Below the pieces are notes generated by a model. It saw nothing but the letters and a program-made list of their open reading frames with translations. It had not been told where the DNA came from and did no database searches. The translations under genes and the position numbers were made by a program. Source: Pseudomonadota bacterium (GTDB taxonomy: Bacteria > Pseudomonadota > Gammaproteobacteria > Burkholderiales > Thiobacillaceae). Taken from it: DNA of 64,000 nt. Positions 9,745 through 20,707 of this stretch are shown piece by piece. The stretch spans positions 204,023 through 268,022 of the forward strand of contig JBMOQW010000012.1 of assembly GCA_049322515.1 (NCBI GenBank), read 5' to 3'. Positions within the stretch are counted from its first letter, which is position 1. The number at the start of each line of letters is the position of its first letter.

Positions 9745-10776
9745 CGGTTCATTGAGCTCACCTACCCGTTTCAAGCGCAGTTCGATGACCTTGGCTTGCG
9801 TGTCCTCGGTTCGGATGCGCACCGGGATTCCATGGCGGCCTAGATCGAGCCAGACATCCAGTTGCCCCTCGCCAGGGCGCATCCCGCGCAGATGCAAAGC
9901 CTCCATGGACTGGCCGTGCATCACCAGGCGGCTTGAGCCGACCGTCTGGAACACGTACTGACGCAGACGGCGACCGTTGGTCACGCTCAGGGCCAGCCCC
10001 GGTTTCCTTTCGTCCGCGACCAAGGCGAGATGGAAAGGAAAGCTGAGCAGGTCCTGGGCCTGGCCGGTCAACATGGCCTGCTTTCCGTTGCCGAACTGGA
10101 GCTGGCCCGCTGCCCAGTCGAATTGGGCCGTGTCGCGCCGCCCTGACTTTCGTTCCAGGACGTAGCGTAGCGGTCGCAGTCCGGTCGACGTCAGTTCGCC
10201 CTCGCTGGTCTGTTCGATCGCCCCACGCATGAACAAGGCTGCCAGGCCCGTGGCTTGCAAGCGGCTGGTCAGTGCGTAGCGACCCGCGCTTGCCTGCCAG
10301 ATATAGAGGGCTTCACCGGCCACGAAGCCGGCATCGCCATCGCCGAGCTGCGCGGTGTAGTGCAAGGTCAGGCGTTCTGGCAGGACGCGCAACCCGGCTT
10401 CTGCTTGGACGACCGCGGGCGGCACCGCCTCAGCCACCGGGGTGGGCTGCACGTCCTCGGGGACTTGGGCCGGTGCCGCCAGCGGCGATTCGGAGGGCAC
10501 CGGCGGGGGTTCCGGCACCTCGGGCGCGGGGACCACGAGGCTGTCCATCGGCTGCGGTTCGGGCGCCTCGACAGGCCTCGGCACTCCCCGCTCGATCCGG
10601 GGCTGGCGCTTCGGACGCGCTGCTGCCAACACGCGGGCAGGTTCGAGACTTGCCTCGATCGGCACGTCGATGGCCGGCAATGGCTTCAGGTCCAGCCTGA
10701 GTGGCCCGACCAGGCCGGCGAGATGGATCAGCCCAGACAGCAGCAGGGCCCAGGCCAGGGCGTGGCGACGCCCCAT
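9679..10776 (-). CDS. DUF3108-domain protein with TM anchor and Pro-rich linker
   Basis: SGLIHL anchor, Pro/Glu linker, SEG..GLRP.RY, AQDLLS, DVWL..PVRIR; usual neighbour of purN. Confidence 0.8.
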   Translation of the reverse strand: MGRRHALAWALLLSGLIHLAGLVGPLRLDLKPLPAIDVPIEASLEPARVLAAARPKRQPRIERGVPRPVEAPEPQPMDSLVVPAPEVPEPPPVPSESPLAAPAQVPEDVQPTPVAEAVPPAVVQAEAGLRVLPERLTLHYTAQLGDGDAGFVAGEALYIWQASAGRYALTSRLQATGLAALFMRGAIEQTSEGELTSTGLRPLRYVLERKSGRRDTAQFDWAAGQLQFGNGKQAMLTGQAQDLLSFPFHLALVADERKPGLALSVTNGRRLRQYVFQTVGSSRLVMHGQSMEALHLRGMRPGEGQLDVWLDLGRHGIPVRIRTEDTQAKVIELRLKRVGELNEPSGGEPETRVEPIGGFLGFDQG

Positions 10777-10782
10777 GACCGT

Positions 10783-11441
10783 TCAGCCCTGGTCGAAGGC
10801 CGGCGCCACCAGCACCTGAGGCGATGCCTCGACACCCGCCACCCGGACCCGGCCATCGTCACCGATGCGCAGGCGACCTTCGGCGAACCAGCGGATGGCC
10901 ATCGGATAGATGCGATGTTCCTGCGCCAGGACCCGGGCGGCCAGGCGAATCTCATCGTCGTCGTCCAGGACCGGTACGGCTGCCTGGATGACGATGGGCC
11001 CGACGTCGACCTCGGGGGTGACGAAATGCACCGTGCAGCCATGCAAGCGCACGCCGGCGGCCAAGGCGCGGGCATGGGTGTGCAAGCCGGGAAAGGCCGG
11101 CAGCAGGGCGGGATGGATGTTGATCAGCCGGCCTTCATAACGGCGTACGAAGGCTTCGGTCAGGACCCGCATGAAACCGGCCAGGATGACCAGGTCGGGC
11201 CGATGCCGGTCGATCTCGGCCGCCAGCGCGGCGTCGAACGCTTCCCGGCTGGCATGGACGCGGTGGTCGATCACCATCGTGGCAACCCCGGCATTCCGAG
11301 CAAAGGCCAGACCGGCAGCCTCTGGCCGGTTGCTGATCACGGCAGCGAACTCGACCGGCAGCCCGGCGCCGAGCAAGGCCTCCATGTTGGACCCGCGTCC
11401 GGAAATCAGGATCACCGCCCGGATCGGCGGGGGCGCGGACA

Positions 11442-11442
<1 letters not shown>
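10783..11442 (-). CDS. purN: Phosphoribosylglycinamide formyltransferase
   Basis: LISGRGSN, LAGFMR, NIHPALLP, HGCTVHFV. Confidence 0.96.
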
Positions 11443-12494
<1,052 letters not shown>

Positions 12495-12523
12495 ATAAAA
12501 GGCAAGGATGATATTCTAGCCCA

Positions 12524-13576
12524 ATGGACTTCAACCCGGCCGGCAACCGCACCTTGACCTATGCCCTGCTCCTGGCGGGGACGGTCTATCTGATCTACCT
12601 GCTGTCCCCGATCCTGACGCCCTTCCTGTTCGCCGCCGCGCTGGCCTATATGTTCGACCCGCTGGTCGATCGCCTGGAACGCCGCCGGATCGGACGCACC
12701 TGGGCTACCGTACTGGTCCTGCTCGGCCTGTCCCTCGCCCTTGCGCTGCTGATCCTGATCCTGACACCGCTGTTCCAGGCCCAGGCCCGGATGCTGGTGT
12801 CCCAGCTGCCCAAGCTCATCGAATGGGGCCAGCAAGCCTTGCTGCCCTGGTTGCACACCCAGTTCGGCCTCGACCTCGATACCAGCCAGGCCGAAATCGT
12901 CGCCTGGCTCAAATCCCACCTGGGCGAGTTGACCCAGTTCACTGCCTACCTGCCGGCCGTGGGCAATCAGGGCCTGGCGGTGCTGGGCTGGCTGGCCAAC
13001 CTGCTCCTGGTCCCGCTGGTGACCTTCTACCTGCTGCGTGACTGGGACCGGATGATGGCCGCCATCGCCGACCTGATCCCGACCGGGATTCGGCCCAAGA
13101 GCCTGGAGATCGCCCACGAAGTCGATGCCGTCCTGTCCGAATTCGCGCGCGGCCAGATCGCCGTGATGCTGATCATGGCCGTGCTTTATAGCCTTGGGCT
13201 CTGGCTGGCCGGACTCGACTACGCCCTGGCGGTCGGCATGATGGCCGGATTCCTGGTCTTCGTGCCCTACCTGGGCGTGGTGATCGGTGTCCTGCTGGGC
13301 ACCCTGGCGGGGCTGGTCCAGGGCGGCGACCTGGCGACTTTGGTCGCTGTCTGGTCGGTGTTCGGTGTCGGCCAGCTGCTGGAGGGCATGCTGATCACCC
13401 CCTGGCTGGTCGGTGACCGGGTCGGCCTGCACCCGGTCGCAGTCATCTTTGCCCTGATGGCCTTTGGTCAGTTGTTCGGCTTTTTCGGCGTCCTGCTCGC
13501 CATCCCGGCCTCGGCGGTCCTGCTGGTCGGCCTACGCCACCTGAAACGGCATCTCGACGGCGAGCTGCCGGATTAG
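12524..13576 (+). CDS. AI-2E (PerM) family transporter
   Basis: Multi-TM protein; ILTPF..LAY.FDPLV, VPYLG, LHPV; divergent from purM. Confidence 0.9.
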   Translation: MDFNPAGNRTLTYALLLAGTVYLIYLLSPILTPFLFAAALAYMFDPLVDRLERRRIGRTWATVLVLLGLSLALALLILILTPLFQAQARMLVSQLPKLIEWGQQALLPWLHTQFGLDLDTSQAEIVAWLKSHLGELTQFTAYLPAVGNQGLAVLGWLANLLLVPLVTFYLLRDWDRMMAAIADLIPTGIRPKSLEIAHEVDAVLSEFARGQIAVMLIMAVLYSLGLWLAGLDYALAVGMMAGFLVFVPYLGVVIGVLLGTLAGLVQGGDLATLVAVWSVFGVGQLLEGMLITPWLVGDRVGLHPVAVIFALMAFGQLFGFFGVLLAIPASAVLLVGLRHLKRHLDGELPD

Positions 13577-13586
13577 CCGACCACGC

Positions 13587-13739
13587 TCAGCAGTCCTCCC
13601 CGCCCCCTGCCAGGCAACGCAACACCAGCACAGGAATGAGGATCGGCAGGCTGCCGATCACGAAGGCGAACATGATCGGCGAGAAGACCAGCCCCTTGAT
13701 GAAATGGCTGGAACTCGAAGCCCCTTGTGGCATGGACAT
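13587..13739 (-). CDS. Unannotated 50-aa membrane peptide MSMPQGASSSSHFIKGLVFSPIMFAFVIGSLPILIPVLVLRCLAGGGEDC
   Basis: GGGAGG RBS, hydrophobic core, sigma54 promoter ~90 nt upstream; absent from the supplied ORF track. Confidence 0.7.
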   Translation of the reverse strand: MSMPQGASSSSHFIKGLVFSPIMFAFVIGSLPILIPVLVLRCLAGGGEDC

Positions 13740-13825
13740 GGCAATGCACCTCCCTGAGTGATTGAACGACCGTGGTGGAGCGGGCCGGCCTTCAAGTTTG
13801 ACAAACCCATTCCAGGCAAAGGGTC

Positions 13826-13841
13826 AGCAATTGCCATGCCA
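13826..13841 (-). promoter_or_regulatory. sigma54 -24/-12 promoter
   Basis: TGGCAT-GGCAA-TTGCT on minus strand. Confidence 0.8.
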
Positions 13842-13850
13842 ATTCATAAG

Positions 13851-13885
13851 AAAACAATTATTTAATAATAAACAAACACTTCAAC
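13851..13885. promoter_or_regulatory. IHF-like sites between the sigma54 promoter and the activator gene
   Basis: AAACAA-TTAT-TTA and AAACAA-ACAC-TTC resemble WATCAA-N4-TTR within an AT-rich tract. Confidence 0.5.
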
Positions 13886-13971
13886 AGCACCGGTACGTTC
13901 TGCCCCTTGCTTGGCGGGCCGGCCAAAGACAATATTGGCCATTCAGGTCCGAATAAGGGACATTTCTGACC

Positions 13972-15261
13972 ATGGCCGCTGCCCACGCCTTGCCGCACGA
14001 ACTGGTGTCGATGCTGGATGCCATGCCCGGTCCACGCATTCTGGTCGACCCCGAATTTCGCATCCTGGCCGCCAACCAGGCCTACCGACTGCTCTACGGC
14101 GCCGGGGACGGGCTGATCGGGCGGACCTGCCACGAAGTCTCGCATCGCTTCGACAAGCCTTGTGACCAGTGCGGCGAGTCCTGCCCTCGTACCGAAGCCA
14201 CGCTCACCGGCCACGCCAGCCGGGTCCTGCACCTGCACTACACCCCGCACGGTCGCGAATACGTCGATGTCGAATTGATCCCGGTGCGCGGCAGCGACCA
14301 CGGCATCCGCTACTACATCGAGTCGATGACCCACCTGCGCACGCTTTATGGCGAGAAGCCCCTGACCGACATGGTCGGAGTCTCGACTGCCTTCCACCAC
14401 ATGCTGGCGCAAATCCACCGGGTGGCCGGCCACGACACGTCGGTTCTGCTGCTCGGCGAATCCGGCACCGGCAAGGAACTGGCCGCACAGACCGTGCATA
14501 ACCTCAGCCCGAGGGCGGGGCGTCCGTTCGTGCCGGTCGACTGCTCGGGCATGACCGAGAGCCTGTTCGAGTCGGAAATGTTCGGCCATGAGAAAGGCGC
14601 CTTCACCGGCGCCACCCACCCCAAGCCGGGACTGGTCGAAGCGGCCGAGGGCGGCACCCTGTTCCTCGACGAACTGGGCGACATCCCGCTCAGCCTGCAA
14701 GTCAAACTCTTGCGACTGATCGAGTCGGGCAGCTACCGGCGGGTCGGTGGCATCGACACCCTGCGCGCCGATTTCCGGCTGGTGGCGGCCACCCACCGCA
14801 ACCTGCCGGCCATGGTCGCGGCCGGCACCTTCCGGCGCGACCTCTACTACCGGCTGTCTGCCTTTCCGATCAACCTGCCGCCGCTGCGCGAACGCCTGGA
14901 AGACCTGCCGACCCTGTGCGCAGACATCCTCCGCCGACTGTCCCCGGACCAGGTCGTACCGGTGTCACCCGAGGCCATGGCCGTCCTCGCCCGGCACGAC
15001 TTTCCCGGCAACGTGCGGGAATTACGCAACCTGCTGGAGCGGGCCCGCATCCTATCCGAGGGCCACGCCATCCAGCCTGGCCATCTGCCCGATGAACTCC
15101 TGACCCAGACGAGGCCAACCCCGGCTTCGCTGGCCGAGGTCGAGCGCCGCTACCTGCGAGAGCAACTTGCCCGGGTTGGCGGGGACAAGCACGCCCTGGC
15201 CCGGCAGATGGGCCTCAGCCGGAGGACCATCGACCGAAAGCTGCGGGTCGATCCAGACTAG
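13972..15261 (+). CDS. sigma54-dependent PAS/AAA+/Fis activator, FisR-like (polysulfide-sensing)
   Basis: [28 protein letters not shown]; N-terminal Cys at 53, 64 and 71. Confidence 0.85.
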   Translation: MAAAHALPHELVSMLDAMPGPRILVDPEFRILAANQAYRLLYGAGDGLIGRTCHEVSHRFDKPCDQCGESCPRTEATLTGHASRVLHLHYTPHGREYVDVELIPVRGSDHGIRYYIESMTHLRTLYGEKPLTDMVGVSTAFHHMLAQIHRVAGHDTSVLLLGESGTGKELAAQTVHNLSPRAGRPFVPVDCSGMTESLFESEMFGHEKGAFTGATHPKPGLVEAAEGGTLFLDELGDIPLSLQVKLLRLIESGSYRRVGGIDTLRADFRLVAATHRNLPAMVAAGTFRRDLYYRLSAFPINLPPLRERLEDLPTLCADILRRLSPDQVVPVSPEAMAVLARHDFPGNVRELRNLLERARILSEGHAIQPGHLPDELLTQTRPTPASLAEVERRYLREQLARVGGDKHALARQMGLSRRTIDRKLRVDPD

Positions 15262-15677
15262 TCGATACGCCGGTAATCACCTTCAATGATCTCATCATTG
15301 GCGGCCTGGCCAGGCCGGGATTCGGGCCGTGCGACCGGGGCGGGCGTCCGTCTGAAGCCCGAAAGGATCAGGAACAGCAGCGCCAGCGCATCACTGAAAA
15401 ATCCAGGAAAGATCAGCAGCACCCCGGCCAGGAAGCGCAACCCGCTTGACTTCAAGGCCTGCAAGGGATGCCCACCCGCCAACACGGTGCCGGCCATCAA
15501 GGGCAGGAAGGCGACCCGCTCCAGGGCGATGAGGCCCAACCCGGTGGGCACCGCGATCGCCAGCCAGAACAGGGTCCAGGCACCGATCCGGTCCCAGACG
15601 AACGCGATCCCGGCAATTTCCAGCACCGGAAAGGCCAACGCTATAATCAGCCAGAATCTGGCCACCCATTTGTTCAT
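15258..15677 (-). CDS. fxsA: FxsA family membrane protein
   Basis: FPVLEI, LLIFPGFFSD, C-terminal [10 protein letters not shown]; start may be GTG 15665. Confidence 0.85.
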   Translation of the reverse strand: MNKWVARFWLIIALAFPVLEIAGIAFVWDRIGAWTLFWLAIAVPTGLGLIALERVAFLPLMAGTVLAGGHPLQALKSSGLRFLAGVLLIFPGFFSDALALLFLILSGFRRTPAPVARPESRPGQAANDEIIEGDYRRID

Positions 15678-16008
15678 GCAGACCTCCACAGCGATCGTTG
15701 TCCTCACCACGCTGCCCGACCCGGAAACCGCCCGGACCCTGGCGCGCCAGCTGGTCGAGGCCCGCCTGGCCGCCTGCGTGAACGTGTTGTCACCCTGCCT
15801 GTCGATCTACCGCTGGCAGGGCGAATGGAATGAAGATGGGGAAATCCCCGTCATTATCAAGACACGGGCCGATCTTTACCCGCGCCTGGAAGCCTTCGTC
15901 AAGGACCATCATCCTTACCAGACGCCTGAACTGATCGCGTTGAACATTACCCACGGCCTGCCTGGCTATCTCGCCTGGATAGCCGGAGAAACCACGGAGC
16001 ATCCATGA
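15676..16008 (+). CDS. cutA: Divalent-cation tolerance protein CutA
   Basis: LVEARLAACVN, SIYRWQG, HHPYQTPELI. Confidence 0.92.
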   Translation: MQTSTAIVVLTTLPDPETARTLARQLVEARLAACVNVLSPCLSIYRWQGEWNEDGEIPVIIKTRADLYPRLEAFVKDHHPYQTPELIALNITHGLPGYLAWIAGETTEHP

Positions 16009-18329
16009 CACGCCTTATCCTGATCGCCCTACTGGTCCTGTGCTCGCCCTGGCTGCGCGCCGCCGAGGAGGACCTGCTGGAACCGGAAAAGGCCTTCCTG
16101 TTTTCCGCCCGGATGACCGACGAGAAAACCATCGAGGCGCAATTCAAGGTCACCCAGGGGTACTACCTGTACCGCGACAAGATCAAGTTCTCCGCCGAGA
16201 AGGCCAGCCTCGGCAAGGCCCAGATGCCGATGGGCAAGATCAAGAACGACGAGTTCTTTGGCAAGGTGGAAATCTATCCGGCCGATTTTCGCGTCCGCAT
16301 CCCCCTCATCAAGGCCCCGTCCGGCAAGCCGCTGCGCCTGAAGGCGGCTTTCCAGGGCTGTGCCGAAGTCGGCGTCTGTTACCCGCCCCAACAGGCGGAA
16401 GTCGTCCTGGTCCAGGCAACGGCGGAAGTCGCGCCCAAGGTGGCGGACAAGGCCGTCGAGAAACCCGTCGCGCAACCGATCCCTCCGTTGGTCGATGCCC
16501 CGGCTCCGGAACCTGCGCCCGCCCAGGCCCAGGATCCCGGCCTGATCGAACGGTTGAAGCAGCTTGCGGTGTCCGACGCACCCACGAACGCCGCGCCCGG
16601 TGACATCCTGCCCCCCGAGGAAGCCTTCAAGCTCAAGCTCGGCGTCACCGCCGACCACACCCTGCAAGCGGCGTTCGCGGTCGTGCCCGGACACTACCTT
16701 TATCGCGACAAGGTCAAGCTGACCGTCAGCGCACCCAATGGCGTCGCCGTCGAACCGATCGTGTTCCCGCCCGCCGAGGAAAAGGACGATCCCAACTTCG
16801 GCCGCATGTACGTCTACCACCACGACTTCGTCGCCACCGCCAAGCTGCTCGGCCTGGCCGAAAGCGCGACCGAGATCACCGTCGAGGCCAGCTACCAGGG
16901 CTGCAACGAAGCCCAGGGCATCTGTTATCCGCCCATCGATGTCAGCCAGACCCTCAAGATCGGTGGCGCCACCCCCGCAGCAGCCCCCTCCCCTGCCCCG
17001 GACAGCACCGACGGCGCGGCTGACACCTCGGAAACCGGCAAGATCGCCGCACTCCTTAAGGGCGGCAATTTCTGGTGGGTCGTGGTCAGCTTCTTCGGCT
17101 TCGGTCTGCTCCTGGCGCTGACCCCCTGCGTATTCCCGATGATCCCGATCCTGTCCGGCATCATCGTCGGCCAGGGCCATGGCGTGACCAAGCGCAAGGG
17201 CTTCATGCTCTCGTTCGCTTATGTTCAGGGCATGGCCATCACCTACGCCCTGGCCGGCATCGCCGCGGCCCTGTCCGGCACGCTCATCTCAAACGCCTTG
17301 CAGAACCCCTGGGCGCTGGGCGCCGGAGCCGCCATCTTCGTGGCCTTGGCGCTTTCAATGTTCGGTTTCTACGAGCTGCAACTGCCCAGTTTCCTGCAAA
17401 GCCGCTTCACCGAGGCCAGCAACCGGGTCAAGGGGGGCAACCTGGTCGGCGTGTTCGTCATGGGCGCGCTGTCGGCTTTGATCGTCGGCCCCTGCGTGGC
17501 CGCCCCCCTGGCCGGCGCCCTGCTCTACATCGGCCAGACCGGCGACCTGCTCCTGGGCGGCGCCTCTCTCTATTCGCTGGCGCTCGGCATGGGCGTGCCG
17601 CTCCTGCTCATCGGTCTCTCGGCCGGCGCCCTGCTGCCGCGCGCCGGCGGCTGGATGGAAGCGGTGAAGAAATTCTTTGGCGTACTCCTGCTCGCGGTTG
17701 CCATCTGGCTCATCTCGCCGATGATTTCCGAACTGGCGCAGATGCTGACCTGGGCTACCCTGCTGATCGTGTCAGGCATCTTCATGCGTGCCATCGACCC
17801 GCTCGCCGCCAATGCCGGCGGCTGGCAACGGTTCTGGAAGGGCATCGGCCTGATCATCCTGATCGCCGGACTGGCCTTGCTGGTCGGTGCGCTCGGCGGC
17901 GGCCGTGACCCCCTGCAACCGCTGGCCATCTACAAAGGGGGCAGCGGTGGTGCAGCCGCCCAGGAAACCCCGCACCTGACCTTCCAGCGGGTCAAGTCGG
18001 TGGCTGAACTCGAGCAGGCGCTGGCGGCGGCCGCGGGCAAGCCGGTGATGCTTGATTTCTATGCCGACTGGTGCGTGTCCTGCAAGGAAATGGAGCGCTT
18101 CACCTTCTCTGATCCTCAGGTCCAGGCCAAGTTGAAGGATGTCGTGCTGCTCCAGGCCGACGTGACGGCCAACAGCGCCGACGACAAAGCCTTGCTCAAG
18201 CGATTCGGCCTGTTCGGCCCGCCCGGCCTGATCTTCTTCGATGCCCACGGCGAGGAGCAAGCCTATCGCGTGGTCGGCTACGAGCCGCCCGAGAAATTCC
18301 TGCAAAGCCTGGCCCAAGCCTTGCCGTGA
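16005..18329 (+). CDS. dsbD: Protein-disulfide reductase DsbD with two N-terminal alpha domains
   Basis: Two YLYRDK...GC-x5/6-CYPP domains, TPCVFPM, GPCVAAP, WCVSC. Confidence 0.93.
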   Translation: MTRLILIALLVLCSPWLRAAEEDLLEPEKAFLFSARMTDEKTIEAQFKVTQGYYLYRDKIKFSAEKASLGKAQMPMGKIKNDEFFGKVEIYPADFRVRIPLIKAPSGKPLRLKAAFQGCAEVGVCYPPQQAEVVLVQATAEVAPKVADKAVEKPVAQPIPPLVDAPAPEPAPAQAQDPGLIERLKQLAVSDAPTNAAPGDILPPEEAFKLKLGVTADHTLQAAFAVVPGHYLYRDKVKLTVSAPNGVAVEPIVFPPAEEKDDPNFGRMYVYHHDFVATAKLLGLAESATEITVEASYQGCNEAQGICYPPIDVSQTLKIGGATPAAAPSPAPDSTDGAADTSETGKIAALLKGGNFWWVVVSFFGFGLLLALTPCVFPMIPILSGIIVGQGHGVTKRKGFMLSFAYVQGMAITYALAGIAAALSGTLISNALQNPWALGAGAAIFVALALSMFGFYELQLPSFLQSRFTEASNRVKGGNLVGVFVMGALSALIVGPCVAAPLAGALLYIGQTGDLLLGGASLYSLALGMGVPLLLIGLSAGALLPRAGGWMEAVKKFFGVLLLAVAIWLISPMISELAQMLTWATLLIVSGIFMRAIDPLAANAGGWQRFWKGIGLIILIAGLALLVGALGGGRDPLQPLAIYKGGSGGAAAQETPHLTFQRVKSVAELEQALAAAAGKPVMLDFYADWCVSCKEMERFTFSDPQVQAKLKDVVLLQADVTANSADDKALLKRFGLFGPPGLIFFDAHGEEQAYRVVGYEPPEKFLQSLAQALP

Positions 18330-18859
18330 AGCATCCCGTCGCCCTCGGCCTGGCGGCGGCGCTGCTGGTCGGCATCGTCGCGACCCTCGCCTTTCGTCTG
18401 GTCGCCACCCCTTCGCGCAGCGGCACGGTGGGCGAAGTCGACCCGGTCGCGGTCTGGGCCACCGTCCTGCCCGATCTGGCGGGCCGGCCCCAGGCCTTGG
18501 CCCAATGGCGCGGCCAGGTGATCGTCCTGAATTTCTGGGCGCCCTGGTGCCCCCCCTGCCGGGAGGAAATTCCCGGCTTCATCCGGCTGCACGCACGCCA
18601 TGCCGACCAGGGCCTGCGCTTCGTCGGCATCGCCCTCGACACGCCGGACAAGGTCGCGGCCTATGTCGACCAGGCCGGCATCCCCTACCCCATCCTGCTC
18701 GGCGCCGCCGAGGGCGCCCTGCTGGCACGTGCCGCTGGCAATGCCCTGGGGGGCCTGCCTTACACCGTGGTGTTCGACCGCCAGGGCCACGCCGTGGCCA
18801 CGCTCACCGGCGCGCTCGACGAAGCGCGCCTGGCCTCGCTGGTCGCGCCCCTGCTGTGA
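18326..18859 (+). CDS. TlpA-family thiol-disulfide oxidoreductase
   Basis: N-terminal anchor, LNFWAPWCPPCREEIP, GLPYT. Confidence 0.9.
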   Translation: MKHPVALGLAAALLVGIVATLAFRLVATPSRSGTVGEVDPVAVWATVLPDLAGRPQALAQWRGQVIVLNFWAPWCPPCREEIPGFIRLHARHADQGLRFVGIALDTPDKVAAYVDQAGIPYPILLGAAEGALLARAAGNALGGLPYTVVFDRQGHAVATLTGALDEARLASLVAPLL

Positions 18860-19596
18860 CCCCGGCGCCAGTCAAACCCTCGCGCAGCCTGATCACCGCG
18901 GCCGGACGAGCGATCGGCGACTACGCCATGATCCGGCCCGGCGATCGCATCCTGCTCGGCCTGTCCGGCGGCAAGGACAGCCTCACCCTGTTGCACACCC
19001 TGCTGTACTTCCAGCAACGCGCGCCGGTCCGCTTCGAACTGGCCGCCTGCACGGTCGACCCGCAATCGCCAGAATTCGATCCCAGCCCCCTGATCCCCTA
19101 CCTGGCTGCACTCGGCGTGCCTTACTTTTACGACCGCCAGCCGATCGTAGAACAGGCGGAACAACACATGAAGGGTGACTCCTTCTGCGCCTATTGCTCG
19201 CGCATGCGGCGCGGCATCCTGTACCGGGTGGCGCGCGAGCAAGGCTGCAACGTGCTGGCCCTGGCCCAGCATCTCGACGACCTGGCCGAGACATTTCTCA
19301 TGTCATCGTTCTTCGGTGGCAAGCTGCGCACCATGCAGGCCCACTACGTCATCGACGCCGGCGACCTGCGGGTGATCCGGCCCCTGGTCTACGCCCGCGA
19401 GCGCCAGACCCGCGACTTCGCCGTGCGTGCCGGCCTGCCGGTCATCTACGAGAACTGCCCGGCCTGCTTCGCCAAACCCATGCAGCGCTACCAGATGAAG
19501 CAGCTGCTGGCCGAGCAGGAAAAGCTGCATCCCACCCTGTTCTCCAACCTGCTCACCGCCATGCGGCCACTGATGGGGAACCGGGATGATGCGTGA
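18856..19596 (+). CDS. ttcA: tRNA 2-thiocytidine biosynthesis protein
   Basis: PP-loop SGGKDS, CAYCSRMRRG, QHLDD, IRPL, CPAC; GTG overlaps the tlpA stop. Confidence 0.88.
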   Translation: MTPAPVKPSRSLITAAGRAIGDYAMIRPGDRILLGLSGGKDSLTLLHTLLYFQQRAPVRFELAACTVDPQSPEFDPSPLIPYLAALGVPYFYDRQPIVEQAEQHMKGDSFCAYCSRMRRGILYRVAREQGCNVLALAQHLDDLAETFLMSSFFGGKLRTMQAHYVIDAGDLRVIRPLVYARERQTRDFAVRAGLPVIYENCPACFAKPMQRYQMKQLLAEQEKLHPTLFSNLLTAMRPLMGNRDDA

Positions 19597-19735
19597 CTGA
19601 AGCACGTGACACCGCGTCGGACAATTGCTATCCGACTGATTCATCTATAGAATCCTGCCCCTTTCCCGGCTTGTCCGGTTTTTTCGTCCTTGCCCCACCG
19701 GTCGCGCGGGGGGCTGCAAACCAAAAGGAGCATCA

Positions 19736-20113
19736 ATGCGACATTACGAGATCGTTTTCATCGTCCATCCGGACCAGAGCGAGCAGGTGCCCGCGATGAT
19801 CGAGCGCTACCGCGCCCTGATCGCCGGCAATGGCGGCCAGATCCACCGCCTGGAAGACTGGGGCCGCCGCCAGCTGACCTACACCATCCAGAAGGTCCAC
19901 AAGGCCCACTACGTGCTGATGAACATCGAGTGCGACCAGGCCACCCTGGACGAACTGGAGCACGGCTTCCGCTTCAACGACGCCATCCTGCGCCACCTCA
20001 CCATCAAGCGCGACGAGGCCATCACCGCCGCTTCGCCGATGATGAAGGAAGAGAAGGCCCGCAACCTGCTGGCCCCGCAGACCGACGCCGCGCCGGCCGA
20101 AGCGGCCGCCTGA
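19736..20113 (+). CDS. rpsF: 30S ribosomal protein S6
   Basis: [26 protein letters not shown]. Confidence 0.98.
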   Translation: MRHYEIVFIVHPDQSEQVPAMIERYRALIAGNGGQIHRLEDWGRRQLTYTIQKVHKAHYVLMNIECDQATLDELEHGFRFNDAILRHLTIKRDEAITAASPMMKEEKARNLLAPQTDAAPAEAAA

Positions 20114-20114
20114 G

Positions 20115-20408
20115 TTGACGCTGAATCGGGTCGAGATCGAAGGCCGCGTCCTCGCCAGTGACGGACTGCGCCGTACCCCCGCCGGACTGCCCTGCCTGCA
20201 ACTGCGAATCGGACACGAATCGCAGCAACGTGAAGCCGGACATGAACGCGAAGTACGCTGCGAACTGGACACCGTTGCCTACGGCCTGCCCGCGGAAACG
20301 CTGGCCGGACTGAAGGATGGCGACACGGTCCGACTGGCTGGCTTCCTGGAACGCAAGAGCCTGCGCGATCCCCGCCTGATGCTGCACATCACCGAATACG
20401 AGATATAA
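20115..20408 (+). CDS. priB: Primosomal replication protein N
   Basis: [17 protein letters not shown]; located between rpsF and rpsR. Confidence 0.9.
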   Translation: MTLNRVEIEGRVLASDGLRRTPAGLPCLQLRIGHESQQREAGHEREVRCELDTVAYGLPAETLAGLKDGDTVRLAGFLERKSLRDPRLMLHITEYEI

Positions 20409-20419
20409 GGAGTCACACC

Positions 20420-20695
20420 ATGGCCTTTGTTCGCCGCAAACCGATGGACAAGAACCGCAAGCCCGCCGGCGGCGCCCTGTTCCGCCGCAAGAAATTCTGT
20501 CGCTTCACCGTCGAGAAGGTGAAGGAAATCGACTACAAGGATGTCGACGTGCTCAAGGACTTCATTGCCGAGAATGGCAAGATCATCCCGGCCCGCATCA
20601 CCGGCACCCGCGCCCACTACCAGCGCCAGCTCGGCGTCGCCATCAAGCGCGCCCGCTTCCTGGCCCTGCTGCCCTACACCGACCTGCACGAGTAA
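20420..20695 (+). CDS. rpsR: 30S ribosomal protein S18
   Basis: [33 protein letters not shown]. Confidence 0.98.
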   Translation: MAFVRRKPMDKNRKPAGGALFRRKKFCRFTVEKVKEIDYKDVDVLKDFIAENGKIIPARITGTRAHYQRQLGVAIKRARFLALLPYTDLHE

Positions 20696-20707
20696 GGAGA
20701 CGACACC

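Noticed and set aside
19690-19735. S6:S18 autoregulatory leader RNA before rpsF
   Set aside because: A GC-rich hairpin is plausible, but the motif could not be confirmed by eye; needs an Rfam scan
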